Shown one piece after another: positions 25,438-39,859 of a stretch of 64,000 bases of DNA (positions are counted from its first letter, which is position 1; the number at the start of each line of letters is the position of its first letter). The stretch is taken from positions 33,542,001 to 33,606,000 of the forward strand of contig OX597831.1 in assembly GCA_951406725.2 (NCBI GenBank). The letters run 5' to 3'. A program made the position numbers and the translations under genes. The notes below the pieces were generated by a model. The model had not been told where the DNA came from and made no database searches. It saw only the letters and a list, made by a program, of their open reading frames with translations. The stretch is from Octopus vulgaris (Eukaryota).

Positions 25438-25735
25438 TCTTTATATATAAAAGTGAAGTTGTGTGCCTGTCTCCTACGATTTAGATTCCTAACTACTCCC
25501 ACATTTTGCGGTGGAGTTTAACCAAAAGCGGGTATCTTATAGTCGTGATTCACATCGAGCCCTTCTGGGTATTAGCGCACGTCTACGATGAGTCTACGAT
25601 TAAAAAAAAAAATTACCATAATTTTTCCCATTTTTAATGCATTTTTTTGCTATTATATAAGGGAAATAACTCTCTAAAAATGCTTATATAGTTATTTCCC
25701 TTACAAACCCGAGCAACGCCGGGCGATACTGCTAG
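25438..25735 (+). mobile_element. Non-autonomous Helitron (298 bp)
   Basis: A|TCTTTATATATAAAA 5' end, subterminal hairpin CCCGAGCAACGCCGGG, CTAG|T 3' end, inserted between A and T without TSD. Confidence 0.8.
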
Positions 25736-25965
25736 TAATATATATTTTAGTTTTTCTTTGAAGGTTCGAAAATCATGTTTATTTATAGAAATAGGGAGAA
25801 GTTTGATTTTTATAATCTTCCAAAAGTTCGTTCACTGTCCATGAAAGCAACGTAATTTGAGCCGTGGTTAGGCCTCGACAGTAGCCTACTCCCATCTCAA
25901 GGCCATTCGGTGACCGTTAGTCATCGTCATCGCGATCACCCTCCTCCTCCTCCTCGTCGTCGTCG

Positions 25966-26000
<35 letters not shown>

Positions 26001-26019
26001 TTTTGTTCTCTCTCTGCAG

Positions 26020-26053
26020 GCTAAATACCGTGTCGTTATCCAATCACTGCAAT
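26020..26053 (+). CDS. Candidate 34-nt internal exon of an unidentified host gene
   Basis: ttttgttctctctctgcag|GCTAAATACCGTGTCGTTATCCAATCACTGCAAT|gtaagt: strong acceptor and donor in non-repetitive DNA; two open frames (AKYRVVIQSLQ or LNTVSLSNHCN). Confidence 0.45.
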
Positions 26054-26329
26054 GTAAGTCTGTCCCGTTGTTGATATTTCTGTGCACCTAATTCTTGGTT
26101 TTCCCCTCCCTCTTTGCACATTCATTTTTTTTTTTGCTTGCAAGTCAATAATCTTTATAAAATAATTTTTGTTCGAATTATGTTCGTTTATTAATGCAAG
26201 TACGTGTACTTGAGTGTGCATGTATGTTTCTGTGTGTGTGTATTCGTACATCCGTATTCACGTACGTGCGTGCGTACATATGTGTGTGTGTAAATCTCCT
26301 ACGATAGCACGAATTATTTCAGATTCTGG

Positions 26330-26466
26330 AGGGCTTATTCTTTGTAAGCCTAGTACTTATTCTATCAGTCTCTTTTGCCAAACCGCTAGGTTACGGGGAC
26401 ATAAACGCACCAACACTGGTTTTCTATGAAAAACATAGACACAAAGACACACACACACACACACAT

Positions 26467-26507
<41 letters not shown>

Positions 26508-26665
26508 CGACAGGTTTCTTTCAGTTTCCGTTTAACAAATCAACTCAAACGGATTTGGTCGGCTAAAGCCTATAGTAGAAGACACTTGCCGAAGATGCCA
26601 CGCAGTGGGATTGAACCCGGAGCCATGTGGTTGGGAAACAAGGTTCTTACCACACAGCCACGTCT
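26330..26665 (-). mobile_element. SINE family A copy
   Basis: Reverse complement of family A consensus. Confidence 0.85.
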
Positions 26666-27109
26666 GGCCCAAAATATTTTTGACTTATTTCTTTGATATT
26701 TTCTGATAAAATATTGTTAGTATTTTGCCGTTTCCTTAATAATTCTTAATACTTCAAATCAGTTTTGTGTTCTGTTTCATGATATTTTCAAACGTCTTCT
26801 ATATTCCTTCACATATCAAAAAATTTTGTAATCTATTGGTTAGTTTCGAAAGGGCCTAAAATATCAAACAGAAATATGATTGATAGGTAAGTGGGTAGAG
26901 AGGTTAAAATATTTGTCTAGGTGGACTCATCGATGTATTAATATAGAAATATATATATATATATTTCAGATGAGTAGTTGTCCAAATAGCTGGATAAATA
27001 ATTTTATACAGAGAAAGATAGATAGATTGATGGATAGGTTGGTAGATAGATAGAAAGGAAGATGGATAGATTGGCCGATATGCACATAGAAAGATAGATT
27101 GATTGATAG

Positions 27110-27210
<101 letters not shown>

Positions 27211-27216
27211 TACATA

Positions 27217-27276
<60 letters not shown>

Positions 27277-27904
27277 AGATAGATAGATCGATAGACAGAG
27301 AGAAGAATTCCAAGATCAGTGGAAAAGATAGATTGGTATAGAGATATATATGCAAATGAAGTGATAAATTGATAGATAATGGTCCACATAGAAAGATAGA
27401 TATATGGGATATATAGATAGATAGACTAACTGATAGAAACATAGAGAGAAATAAATGGAAAAAGTATAGACAATGATTGATATAAAGACAGACAGATCAG
27501 TAAATTTATAAACAGATGATTAGATAGATCTTGATCTAGATAAATAGATAGATAGACGATACATAGAGAGATAGACAAACAGACAGTTAGACAAATACAC
27601 AGACAGACAGATAAATAGATAGATAGATAGATAGATAGATAGACAACAGACAAATAAATAAATATATATGTAGGTAGTTAGGTAGATGTCCCCGTAAATG
27701 GAGGTAACTTATGAACGGAAATAAAGACATTGTAAAAAGCGAGCAAAAAGGAAAAAGGAAGAGGGGAAAGGAAAAAATCAAAAGGTTTATTATGTTACAC
27801 TTTAATAAAGAATATTTATGTTTGAAATCTGTTTACATACATAAAATATATTTAATTTTGCTGTAGTTAGTAACGGCAATGGTTCTTCTTATTCAGCAAA
27901 AAAC

Positions 27905-27977
<73 letters not shown>

Positions 27978-28324
27978 CGAGTGTGTGTAACTTATAAATA
28001 CATTTTTGAACATTTAATATGTTTTTACATGTTGAAGTATTAAAATCTGCATTAGAACCAATGTTTTTGAAGTATTTTTTCTTTATTTGCTTCCTTCTTA
28101 ATATTTCTCATTCATTTTCATTTTTTCGCACATTTTGCTTCTCAAATATTTTAAATATAAAATTATATGTTTGTCCGCTTGTCTAACCTACCTTACTACC
28201 TACCTAGCTACCTACCTACCTACCTACCTACCTACCTACCTACATACATACCTACCTACCTACCTACCTACCTACCTACCTACCTACCTACCTACCTACT
28301 TCCCTACATGTCTGTCTGTCTGTA

Positions 28325-28402
<78 letters not shown>

Positions 28403-29032
28403 CTTTAGCCATAGACAGAAACAGAGCAGAGGGTGAGCTAGTTAACTTGGCTATCGCTGTGTGGGCAGCCGGGTGTCAGACGTTGTCCCTCAGTCATTGT
28501 GTACTCTTCAGCATGTCGATGTGATAACCATTGAATAACGTATATTCTTTTGTAGTCTTATATCATCTTATAAATATTTATTTTGCAATAAAATACATAC
28601 TGTGGAGAGACTTTTTGAACACTCTGTATAATCGTGAGCAAGAGGTAAACTTGATCGAGTGAAACGCCTAAGATGAGGTAGCTTGAGTGAGAGAGAGAGA
28701 GGGGTGGTACTTAATGAGAGGGTACTTAATGATTTTCATCGTTATCATCAGTCCACAAAAGGCCCCATTTCAGTCTCCTTTTTCCTTCGTTGCAAGAGTT
28801 GGGACTTCAACACAGGATGCAATGAACTGAAACGAATACCACAAAAAAAGTCCCATCAGGCCCTCAAACGGTTCTGCCAGTCTACCGTCTCTTATTGGTA
28901 CTTCTCATTTTTGTTTCAAAGGATGAAAGGGAAAGCTGACATTGCCAAGAATTGAACTCTGAATGTAAAATGCCGGAAAAAGTACTCCAAGTTAATCTAT
29001 CTGATTTCCCCGGAAACTTTCGATTCAGCCCT

Positions 29033-29078
<46 letters not shown>

Positions 29079-29180
29079 GCGCACACACACAGGGACATAT
29101 AAAGATATACATGTACATATACATATATATATACACGCAGACATATACATATATACATATACACATATATACATACACAC

Positions 29181-29228
<48 letters not shown>

Positions 29229-29740
29229 GCGCCTATATGCAACATAGACATACAGACACAAGCATATATACACATATAATCATATACATACAAGCATACG
29301 TATATACATACACATATATTCATATATATATACATACACACACACACACATATATACTCACAGCGTGTGTATTTAGAACTAATGTAAATCAACGTGTAAT
29401 ATGTCAAAGAACAACTCATCCAAATACCAGTTGGAAATATCATAGGAAGTGAGCTGGAATCGGTGAAAATACCAGAATGGCATATCTACAAGAAATGCAA
29501 ATATCCATCGATCACAGAATGGTAAGTGGGAACAGAAGAGAGAAATATAACACTGAAGTGGAGGAATATATCACAGGAGGAAAAGTGTAACTGTTGCCGT
29601 TGATGCAGATATATATATATGCGTGTGTGTGTGTGTGTGTGTGTTTGTATGTATGTGAGTGTTTATATGTGTGTGTATATATATATACATATATATGTAT
29701 ATGTATATATCTAATATATTATATATAATATATTATATAT

Positions 29741-29844
<104 letters not shown>

Positions 29845-29865
29845 GCATGTATATATATGTGTATA

Positions 29866-29910
<45 letters not shown>

Positions 29911-30091
29911 TTAAAACCCTTTCTGAAAATTACTTGATATACTTTTAGTAAGTATAAATAAGATTTTTTTTAAATTGTAAAATTTCTTTCTAGAGTGTGT
30001 GAACGCTTTCGATTACGTTTTCAAACACGTGTTATAAGTGTGTGTGTTTGTGTTTGTGTGTGTGTGTGTGTGTTTGTGTATTTGTGTGTGC

Positions 30092-30134
<43 letters not shown>

Positions 30135-30632
30135 CCAAAATTATGATAAGACAAAGAATTCCTTTAGCACATCTTCAATGATTCGTCACAATTGTTTCTA
30201 CACCAAATCTGCTTTCAACATCGAAGTGAATATTGAGATAATGTTTGCTTTTTTTAAGACATTACAGTGGCACATCACCAGACTTGCATGAAATGTGCGC
30301 TCTTATCTTTCAACGATCTGAAATGCAAGTTATTTTTCCACTCTGGCGACGGGGGCTTGATTAGTCCCATATATATTTGCTTCCATTACGGTCGCATACT
30401 TCGGTGAACTACAATTACCGACATTATGATGGATCTGCGAGCCCACAGAAACAGCCGTTAGACGTATAACACTTTTCGTCTAAAAATCTTCAGTCTTTCC
30501 TTTCTGTTTGCATGTAGACATCTATACATGTTTGCATGTATTTTGTATATCAAACTCCAGCTGTTATATTTAATTTGTTTATCTGCCTAATAAAATATGT
30601 ATGCACGTATGTATGTGTGTGTGTATGTCTGT

Positions 30633-30960
<328 letters not shown>

Positions 30961-31230
30961 ATCTATGTGTGTATACATACACACGCATACATTTATTAAT
31001 ATAAAAGATAATAGGATACCTCTTTCAACGGAAAGTCTTGTCACATAGGAGATGCTCGACAAGACCTCCGATGGAGACCGCGAGTGTGTTTGTTTTCATA
31101 AATAAATGCATTTAATTCTACCTTAACTTTTACTTTAAGTGGTGTATATCGAATTCTACTTCAGAAGTTGTCTACTTCGATTTTCTCCTATTAATAAAGA
31201 CTATTACATACACACACGCGCGCGCGCGCG

Positions 31231-31270
<40 letters not shown>

Positions 31271-31378
31271 TACACACACACAAACACACACACACGTCTA
31301 TCGATTTTACGAATACATACACACATATAGGTGTGTGTGTTTGTGTGTGTGTGAATGTATGTGTGCATATGTGTGTGT

Positions 31379-31445
<67 letters not shown>

Positions 31446-31936
31446 CGTATGTGTAGGTGTGTGCCTGAGTCTACTAGAGAAAGACTGACTTGCTGTTCAG
31501 TGCGTGATGCGCAACAAAATGCTGGAGCATATTTTGACACGAATCTATCCTGAATGTAATAATGAAATGCTTTTGAACGGCGTTAATGAATCGGTAGAAA
31601 GACTGTAATTAAAGAAGTGTTAAGCGAGTACAATAGTAATTTTAACTGAGCAAGACGGATATTGTTAATCGTCGTGTAGCGTTTCTAGTAGATTTACATC
31701 GAAAATCAAGCGAATATCAATAATGGGTTGGCATGAAAGATATCAATTTGTGTGAGTTAAATAAGATATCAAGACAAAGATTGACGAAGCAACAAAAGTT
31801 GTTAAACTGTCTGGCTTACTGAGATGAATTGCTAAGATTTCTAGTTTCTTTACTTTGTCACATAAATCTCACAAGGTTACGAGGCCAAAATGTCAATAAA
31901 TTTCCGTACACGCATGTCATGTTTATCAATGTCTTC

Positions 31937-32370
31937 GGGTCTTTACGGTTTGAATGGCAGTTTTTCTTGCGGTGTCATATGAAATTGTCACCCATAATTA
32001 TGACCCTAGTATCGATCTGTTGCATTTCAATTTATTTTAGGGTTAGGGTTAGAGTTAGGGTTAGGGTTAGGGGTGGGGGAATGGTATCTTTTTTTCTTCA
32101 GAAATGTAAATAAACCCAATCTGTTTCTTAAACGAGGGATATATTCATACGGCACAGAATGTTTTCACCTCAATAGACAGTCATTGATTGGTTGAAATTG
32201 CAGAAATTGAAGAAAAAACAACAACAAATATCTTATAAACTATAGAATTTTCTCAATAAAGCCAAGAGAAAAAGATATTTTATAAACACATTCTACCAGT
32301 ATATGAAGTTTAACATTTTTTAGTTACCTAGAAATTATGTTAAAGACTGCCGTTCAAACCGAAAAGATCC
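31937..32370. mobile_element. MITE with about 28-bp TIRs carrying an internal (TTAGGG)6 tract
   Basis: gggtctttacggtttgaatggcagtttt versus reverse complement of aagactgccgttcaaaccgaaaagatcc; TTAGGG repeats at 32037-32072. Confidence 0.75.
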
Positions 32371-32409
32371 ATATATTCAGTTGAATGTGTACCAGTACAT
32401 TATTGAAGC

Positions 32410-32870
32410 TTATTTTATTTTATCTTAACCTTCTGCCTGTATGAAGCTGAAACCCGAACAGTCTATATAGCTCAAGTAGAGAAGTTATATGCATATATAA
32501 TGAGGCAAGAGCTACAGCGAATTATGAATATCATTTTGTTTGACAAGATCAGGAATAAAGAGATTCTATGGTGTGCTGGTCTGTTTCCGATGGTGGAAAT
32601 CCTCATTGATAGAAATTTATGTTGGTTGGGCAACATACACAGGACAAACAATAACAGTCTCTCCAGACAAATCCTATGCCAAGGGGAAAAGAAGGCATGG
32701 AAGACCTAGACTGAGATTTAAATATGCTGCAAAAAGGAATATGAAGCAGAAATGAATTGGTAAAAAATTAATGGCAAATTCAAGCGAAAAATCTGACCAG
32801 TACCGAAAAAGCTTATCAAATCATTCCAAAGCTAACAACAGTCATCGAAGCGACGACTGACTGCAAATAA
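32410..32870 (+). pseudogene. Degenerate RTE-clade LINE 3' fragment
   Basis: LQRIMNIILFDKIRNKEILW..RNLCWLGNIHR..LSRQIL..GKRRHGRPRLRFKYAAKRNMK. Confidence 0.75.
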
Positions 32871-33295
32871 TAATTATAAACCCTTTGCATGTCTAAAGTA
32901 TTTTCAAAGTATTTCAAGTTTGTCGTAAACGTTTATGTTTTTTCTCTTTTTTTTTGCAGACTTTTAGTTAGCTCTTGTTTCGTACCTTCTGAGTAATACA
33001 AAGTTTTCTTTTATATAAGACTCAAGTTACTCTGATTGAAAAAAAAAACCCCCAAAAAACAGAAGTTGGGAATGTGCATCATATATGATGATGCATGGAC
33101 GTCAGGGAAATATTTCCTGTGTATTGCATTTGATACACAGGACAGACAAAGAGTCAAGGAGGTAATAAATTTATAAAATAATTTTATTTTGTCTACGATG
33201 CAGCTACATGGTTTCGGGTTCGGGCCTAGTGCGCAGCAACTAGTATAAGTGTCTTTTGCTATAGATCTGAGTCGACTGTCTTGTGAGTGAATATT

Positions 33296-33873
33296 CTTTT
33301 CTACTCAAGGCACAAGACCCGAAATTTTTGAGGAGGGGGGAGTCGATTAGATTGGCTCCATTACGCAACTGGTACTTAATTTATCGACCCCGAAAGGATG
33401 AAAGGCGAAGTCAACCTTGGCGGAATTTGAACTCAGAACGTAACGGCAGACGAAATACCTATTTCTTTACTACCCACAAGGGGCTAAACACAGAGAGGAC
33501 AAAGACAGACAAACGGATTAAGTCAATTATATCGACCTCAGTGCGAAACTGGTACTTATTTAATCGACCCTGAAAGGATGAAAGGGGAAGTCGACCTTGG
33601 CGGAATTTGAACTCAAAACGTAACGGCAGACGAAATACCTATTTCTTTACTACCTACAAAGAGCTAAACACAGAGAGGACAAACAAGGACAGACAAACGG
33701 ATTAAGTCGATTATATCCACCCCAGTGCGTTACTGGCACTTATTTAATCGACCCCGAAAGGATGAAAGGCAAAGTCGACCTCGGCGGAATTTGAACTCAG
33801 AACGTAGCTGTAGACAAAATACCGCTAAACATTTCGCCCGGCGTGCTAACGTTTCTGCCAGCTCCCCGCCTTC
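33296..33873 (-). mobile_element. SINE family B trimeric composite inserted into a family A remnant
   Basis: Three about 180-bp core repeats; TSD tgagtgaatatt at 33284-33295 and 33877-33888. Confidence 0.85.
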
Positions 33874-34464
33874 TTATGAGTGAATATTATAGACGGAAAC
33901 TGAGCGGCATCCCATCTCAAGATCTGAAACAGTAACGCGATCAATCAGGTATCTGGTTTTGTATAAATTGCTGAATGAATATAACTCGTTTGACTGTTGC
34001 ATTTATCTTCCCTGTCATCTATGTTAGCAAACTTTTGCTGATAACTGTTTATACAATTGGTTTCCGACTACAGGGCTTATTACTTTGGTTTGAAACGCAA
34101 TAAATCCAATAATCTACCCACGATGATGTCCCCAAACTTCTTATGCAGCTATAAGTTATTTTTAAATATTGCGGGTTAAGCAGTTAGCAATATTGCTATC
34201 CCATGGCAAAAACCTTTCTGAATCTGGTCTAGGAAATTTTTGGCAATATTGAATTTGTAAAGAGGATTGAAGGAAATTACTTTAGGTTACCGTTTTCTGC
34301 TTATTTTCGCATTAAATGGAAATAGTTCAAAACATGGAGTTAAATTTATTGTTTTGTTTACATCTACGCTTTTCTCCTGTGTTTTGTTATTGCGATTTAC
34401 AAGTCTATCAAATGTTACTATGACTAAAGATATACTGGAAATATACTTCTACTACTATTAGTGA

Positions 34465-34802
34465 AGGCGCGTGGCTCAATGGTTAGAGCGTCGAGCTTAC
34501 GATCGTGAAGTTGTGAGCTCGAATCCCGGACCGGGCTGCGTGTTGTGTTCTTGAGCAAGACACTTTATTTCACGTTGCTCGAGTACACTCAGCTGTAGAA
34601 ATAAGTTGCGACGTCACAGGTGCCAAGCTGTATCAGCCCTTGCGTTTCCCTTGGACAACATCGGTGACGTGGAGAGGGGAGGCCGGTATGCATGGGCGAC
34701 TGCTGGTCTTCCATAAAACAACCTTGCCCAGACTTGTGCCTCAGAGGGTAACTCTCTAGGTGCAAACCCATGGTCAGTGTCTGACCGAAGGTGGTCACCA
34801 CC
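34465..34802 (+). mobile_element. tRNA-derived CORE-type SINE (family C)
   Basis: Head ggcgcgtggctcaatggttagagcg..gctcgaatccc, CORE-like gtgttcttgagcaagacacttt; 11-bp TSD actattagtga (34454-34464, 34803-34813). Confidence 0.85.
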
Positions 34803-35329
34803 ACTATTAGTGAGAAGGTTCTGAACCAAAATGACCGCTGGGGAAGTGTAGGTGAAGTTTTTGTTGATATTAGCGAGCATTTATTGGGTATAATTTGCGT
34901 TTTCACGTGTTGAGATCTTAATTAACTTCTAGAAAATCGCTTGTCGTTATATTCGTAATCATTGCGATATTACGTTGCAGTTTTTTTAAAGTTCTAATTG
35001 TGACTTTCTTCAGATCATGTATTTCTGTTATTAAAAACTGATGGATCGTCATCTCTGTATAGGCATATTAAATCTAGATTTTAGCTCATCTAAGACGGAT
35101 AATCCGATTAGACAGCAGGCCTCCTTGATAAAGTAGTTTATTGTAACACCAAATGAATAATTGGTATCTTTCATCTCTCTGTCGAAAAGCACTGATTTTT
35201 CTGCCGGCCGTATACTGCCATCACAATACCATAATATATCATTCCATATTCTGAAGAAATGGTTAGAAATGGTGTTGCGTTTCAACGGTTAGAATCGACA
35301 AGGTGGAGTTGGGTGAATTTCCATATATT

Positions 35330-35900
35330 TTTGTTACTCTTTTACTCTCTTTTACTTGTTTCAGTCATTTGACTGCGGCCATGCAGTTGTTATTTTGTAG
35401 TAGATTTCTATTTGTACATAAGCCCGTTATCCCTAATTGTAGATTAGGTGTATCCTATCGATATTTGCCAAGGATAAGATTTGTTTCAAAGTTCTAAACA
35501 ATCTTGTTGTCTGTTCTCTTAACTTTTGCTTGCTTCACTCATTGGACTGCGACCATTCAGAGGTACTACTTTCAAGGGTTTTAGTCATGCGAATCGACCC
35601 CAGTATGTTTTTAACTTTAGTGCTTACTCTATCGGGTACTTTTGACGATTCACTAAGTTGCGAGGACAAATCAAAACAACAACGGTTATCAAGAGGTGGG
35701 GGAAGGGCAAACACAAAAACCCACGTGTATATATTTGCAATAGGCTTCTACACAGTTTGCGTCCATCAAATTAAATCACAAGGCTTGGCGAGGGGCTACC
35801 GTAGAAGATACTTGATCTAAGTATCGTGTGTGGCGGAACGGAAGTCGAAATCACGTGGTTACGAAACAAGCTCCATAAGCAGACAGCCATACTTGTGCTT
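35330..35900 (-). mobile_element. Degenerate SINE family A pieces
   Basis: Tail at 35335-35385 and eroded copy at 35525-35900. Confidence 0.65.
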
Positions 35901-36375
35901 GTAAAATGAAATTGAAGTAGCACAAGAAACTATTCCAGCATTTTTTAAACTCTTACTCTACTAGTCTTCTCTTTGAGCATTATTTACATAAGTTCTTGAA
36001 TCCCACCAAAATAAATAAAATAAATAAATAAATACAGTGTCTCTCAGTTTCAGGTGAGTTCCATTAAAAAATGTGTAATGCAATTAACGACAGCAAGACT
36101 CCAACAGGGGGGGGGGGGGGAAAGAAAACCAGTGATAATTGCGCAAGCTTACACTGAGAAAAAATGAGGGGGCGCCAAGGTTGAAAGCAATGAATACAAA
36201 ATAAGCCAAGCCATTATTTCAAAGCGGATATAGTAAGGATTTATCTAATCTGCACATAGGGATGATGGGCCACGATACAAATACAGAATGATTAAAACTT
36301 AAGAATTGTGGCATGAGAAACATACTTAGCGAGAAATTTCCCCGAAGTATATAAGTGCGCGCACATAGATACATA

Positions 36376-36461
<86 letters not shown>

Positions 36462-36991
36462 CACACGCGCACATACACGTGGATATATAGACACGCTTAC
36501 GTACATAAATGCATACGCAGGTACTTAGTGCATGTATGCATGTATGTATGATTGTATGTATGTGTGTGTTTGTGTGTGTGTGTGTGTGTGTGCGTGTGTG
36601 CCTGCATGCATATATGTACGTACGTATGTAAGTATATATCTGTTCATCGCATATAGAAACGTATGTATACACAATCATGCATAAGTACAAACATACATAC
36701 GCAAATACACGCCTACACAGATAAACGTATTGTATCTACGCACACACATACACACGTACACACACATACACACACATATACATCTCACTCGCTCTCCCTC
36801 TGTGTGTGCATGTTTGTGTGTGTGTGTATATATATATATATGTATATATGTATGTCTGTATATGCGTATACATCTCTGTATACACACACACGCACACACG
36901 TACATGCGTAGATAAATAAACACAATCATACACACATACGTGCTTAAGTGATTACGTGCATGCATACGTATAAAGATTCATACACACACAG

Positions 36992-37028
<37 letters not shown>

Positions 37029-37034
37029 CACACA

Positions 37035-37099
<65 letters not shown>

Positions 37100-38018
37100 G
37101 TTTATATCTACATAGTACGAACGTACCTATCGATCTCCCTCCATACCTCTATCCCTACCAACCTACCTACCTACCTACCTACCTACCTATATACATACAT
37201 ATATAGATAAATAAGTACAGACATACGTACATACATACATATACGCATACATACATGCATGCATACATACATACATACATACATACATACATACATACCT
37301 GCATACATTCATGCATACATACATACATACATGCATATATAAATGCATACAAGCATAATGCATACATGCATACATTCATATATACGTATACACATACATA
37401 CTGACATACATATGTACATACATGCATACATTCATGCATGCATACATACATACGTACATAGATGCACACTTACATACGTACACACATACATACATGCATA
37501 CATACATACATGCATACATACATATATGCATACATACATGTATACATACATGCGTACATACATACATACATACATACATACATACATACATACATACATA
37601 CATGTATGCATGCATGCAGAGACGTATGTACGAACATAAACTCATGATATTACTGATAATGATTAGAAAATACTTATTCCTACGCTACGTAAGTTAAAAC
37701 TACAAAAAAAAAAAAAAATGAAAGCAGAAAAAATTCTTCAAAGAACCTCCAGAATCTGAGATAATTCGTGCTATCGCAGTAGATCTACACACGCACGCAT
37801 ATGTACGTACACACGCCTGTACGTACGCATACATAAACGTACGTACGAATACATAAACTGGCACAAACACATACGCGTAATGGCATTAAGACGTATAACT
37901 TATTGCAGAGACATTCATATATATATGCAGCACACATCCATATATGTAGGTACGAATGCAAATTTATATGAAGCTATAAACATACATGCATACATACATG
38001 TATGCACGTATTAAGTTC

Positions 38019-38064
<46 letters not shown>

Positions 38065-38150
38065 TTGGTGCTGCTCCAGCATGACCACAGCCACCTGGCT
38101 GAAACAAAAGAATAAAAGAATATATGTATATATATGTATATATATTTATT

Positions 38151-38181
<31 letters not shown>

Positions 38182-38410
38182 GTATGTATGAATATGTATA
38201 TATGTATATATTTATATATGTATATATATATATATACATATATATGTATATATGTATAAATATATATATATATATATATATACATACATACACATATATG
38301 TACATACATATATACATATGTATATATATATGTATGTATATATATATATATCTATATATATATATATGTATATACATACCTTCATACATACATATATATA
38401 CATACATACG

Positions 38411-38468
<58 letters not shown>

Positions 38469-38733
38469 TATATACAGAGTGACAGAAAGTATCACAAGCT
38501 ATATGTGTATATATGCACATGCGTACATATTTACAGCCATACATACGCACACATGAGTGAATAAATGGACAGATATACTTACGTGTGTATATCTGTCTAT
38601 CTCTGTATCACTCTCTCTCCGTGTCTCTATCTATTTTTGTCATACATTATATTGTCAAAATTCTCGTGGCTACTTGTCATAGTTGATAATGGTAAGCTTA
38701 AGAAAAATATAAAAATAAAATAGCAAAACGACT

Positions 38734-38826
<93 letters not shown>

Positions 38827-38901
38827 ATATATATATATACACACACACCTCACTTATCAGAAATCAAATAACCTATTTTCTCCTTGCCATACACGCATCT
38901 C

Positions 38902-38956
<55 letters not shown>

Positions 38957-39110
38957 AAATACACACACACACATACATATATATTTATTTGAATTTATTC
39001 TGTGACTCCTTGCTTTCGTTTATTGTGTTGCAGTCATACACGCGAACCGTCTTTAAAGGTTTAAGCCAGTCACCCTGACGCCAACACTCCTTAACTATTG
39101 AACGGATGCA

Positions 39111-39144
<34 letters not shown>

Positions 39145-39230
39145 ACTAATGTAGGATAAATTTTTTTTCGAAAATAAATCTTATCAATGGCCAGCATATC
39201 AAAAAATACCTTCAAAGGTTAAATTTATAA

Positions 39231-39389
39231 ACAACTTATAAAATAAGGGTAAAAGAAAAAAATTTAATGCCAAATAGGCCGAAAAAGAGACAAAATTGTC
39301 AATAACCATTAATGGTTATTAACTATTTTGTCTTTTTTTCGGCCTGTTTGGCATTAGAATTTTTCTTTTGCCCTTATTTTATAAGTTGT
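39231..39389. repeat. About 80-bp-arm spacerless palindrome
   Basis: acaacttataaaataagggtaaaagaaaaaaattt-aatgccaaataggccgaaaaa..aataaccat|taatggttatt..ttcggcctgtttggcatt..cccttattttataagttgt. Confidence 0.85.
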
Positions 39390-39445
39390 ATATATATATA
39401 CTCTCTCCCTTACTTAAATTATTTTGTCAGCATTTTCTTCATTTC

Positions 39446-39505
<60 letters not shown>

Positions 39506-39519
39506 GCGTGCGTGTGTAG

Positions 39520-39552
<33 letters not shown>

Positions 39553-39604
39553 AATATATAAATAAATATATATATATACATATATATATATAAATAAATA
39601 AATA

Positions 39605-39636
<32 letters not shown>

Positions 39637-39644
39637 CATATAAA

Positions 39645-39701
<57 letters not shown>

Positions 39702-39760
39702 CATATATATATACATATATATAAATAAATAAATAAATATATATATATATATATATACAT

Positions 39761-39827
<67 letters not shown>

Positions 39828-39859
39828 CATACATACATACATACATACATACATACATA

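Noticed and set aside
30290-30480. Possible Tc1 transposase remnant on the minus strand
   Set aside because: Too degenerate to support with motifs or TIRs
32037-32072. Telomere or chromosome-fusion scar
   Set aside because: Only about six units, single orientation, located inside a MITE
33296-33873. Regularly spaced repeats resembling a CRISPR array
   Set aside because: Whole 180-bp units repeat with no unique spacers; they are SINE cores in eukaryotic DNA with no cas genes
34465-34535. tRNA-like sequence
   Set aside because: It is the head of a SINE with body, tail and TSD, not a tRNA gene
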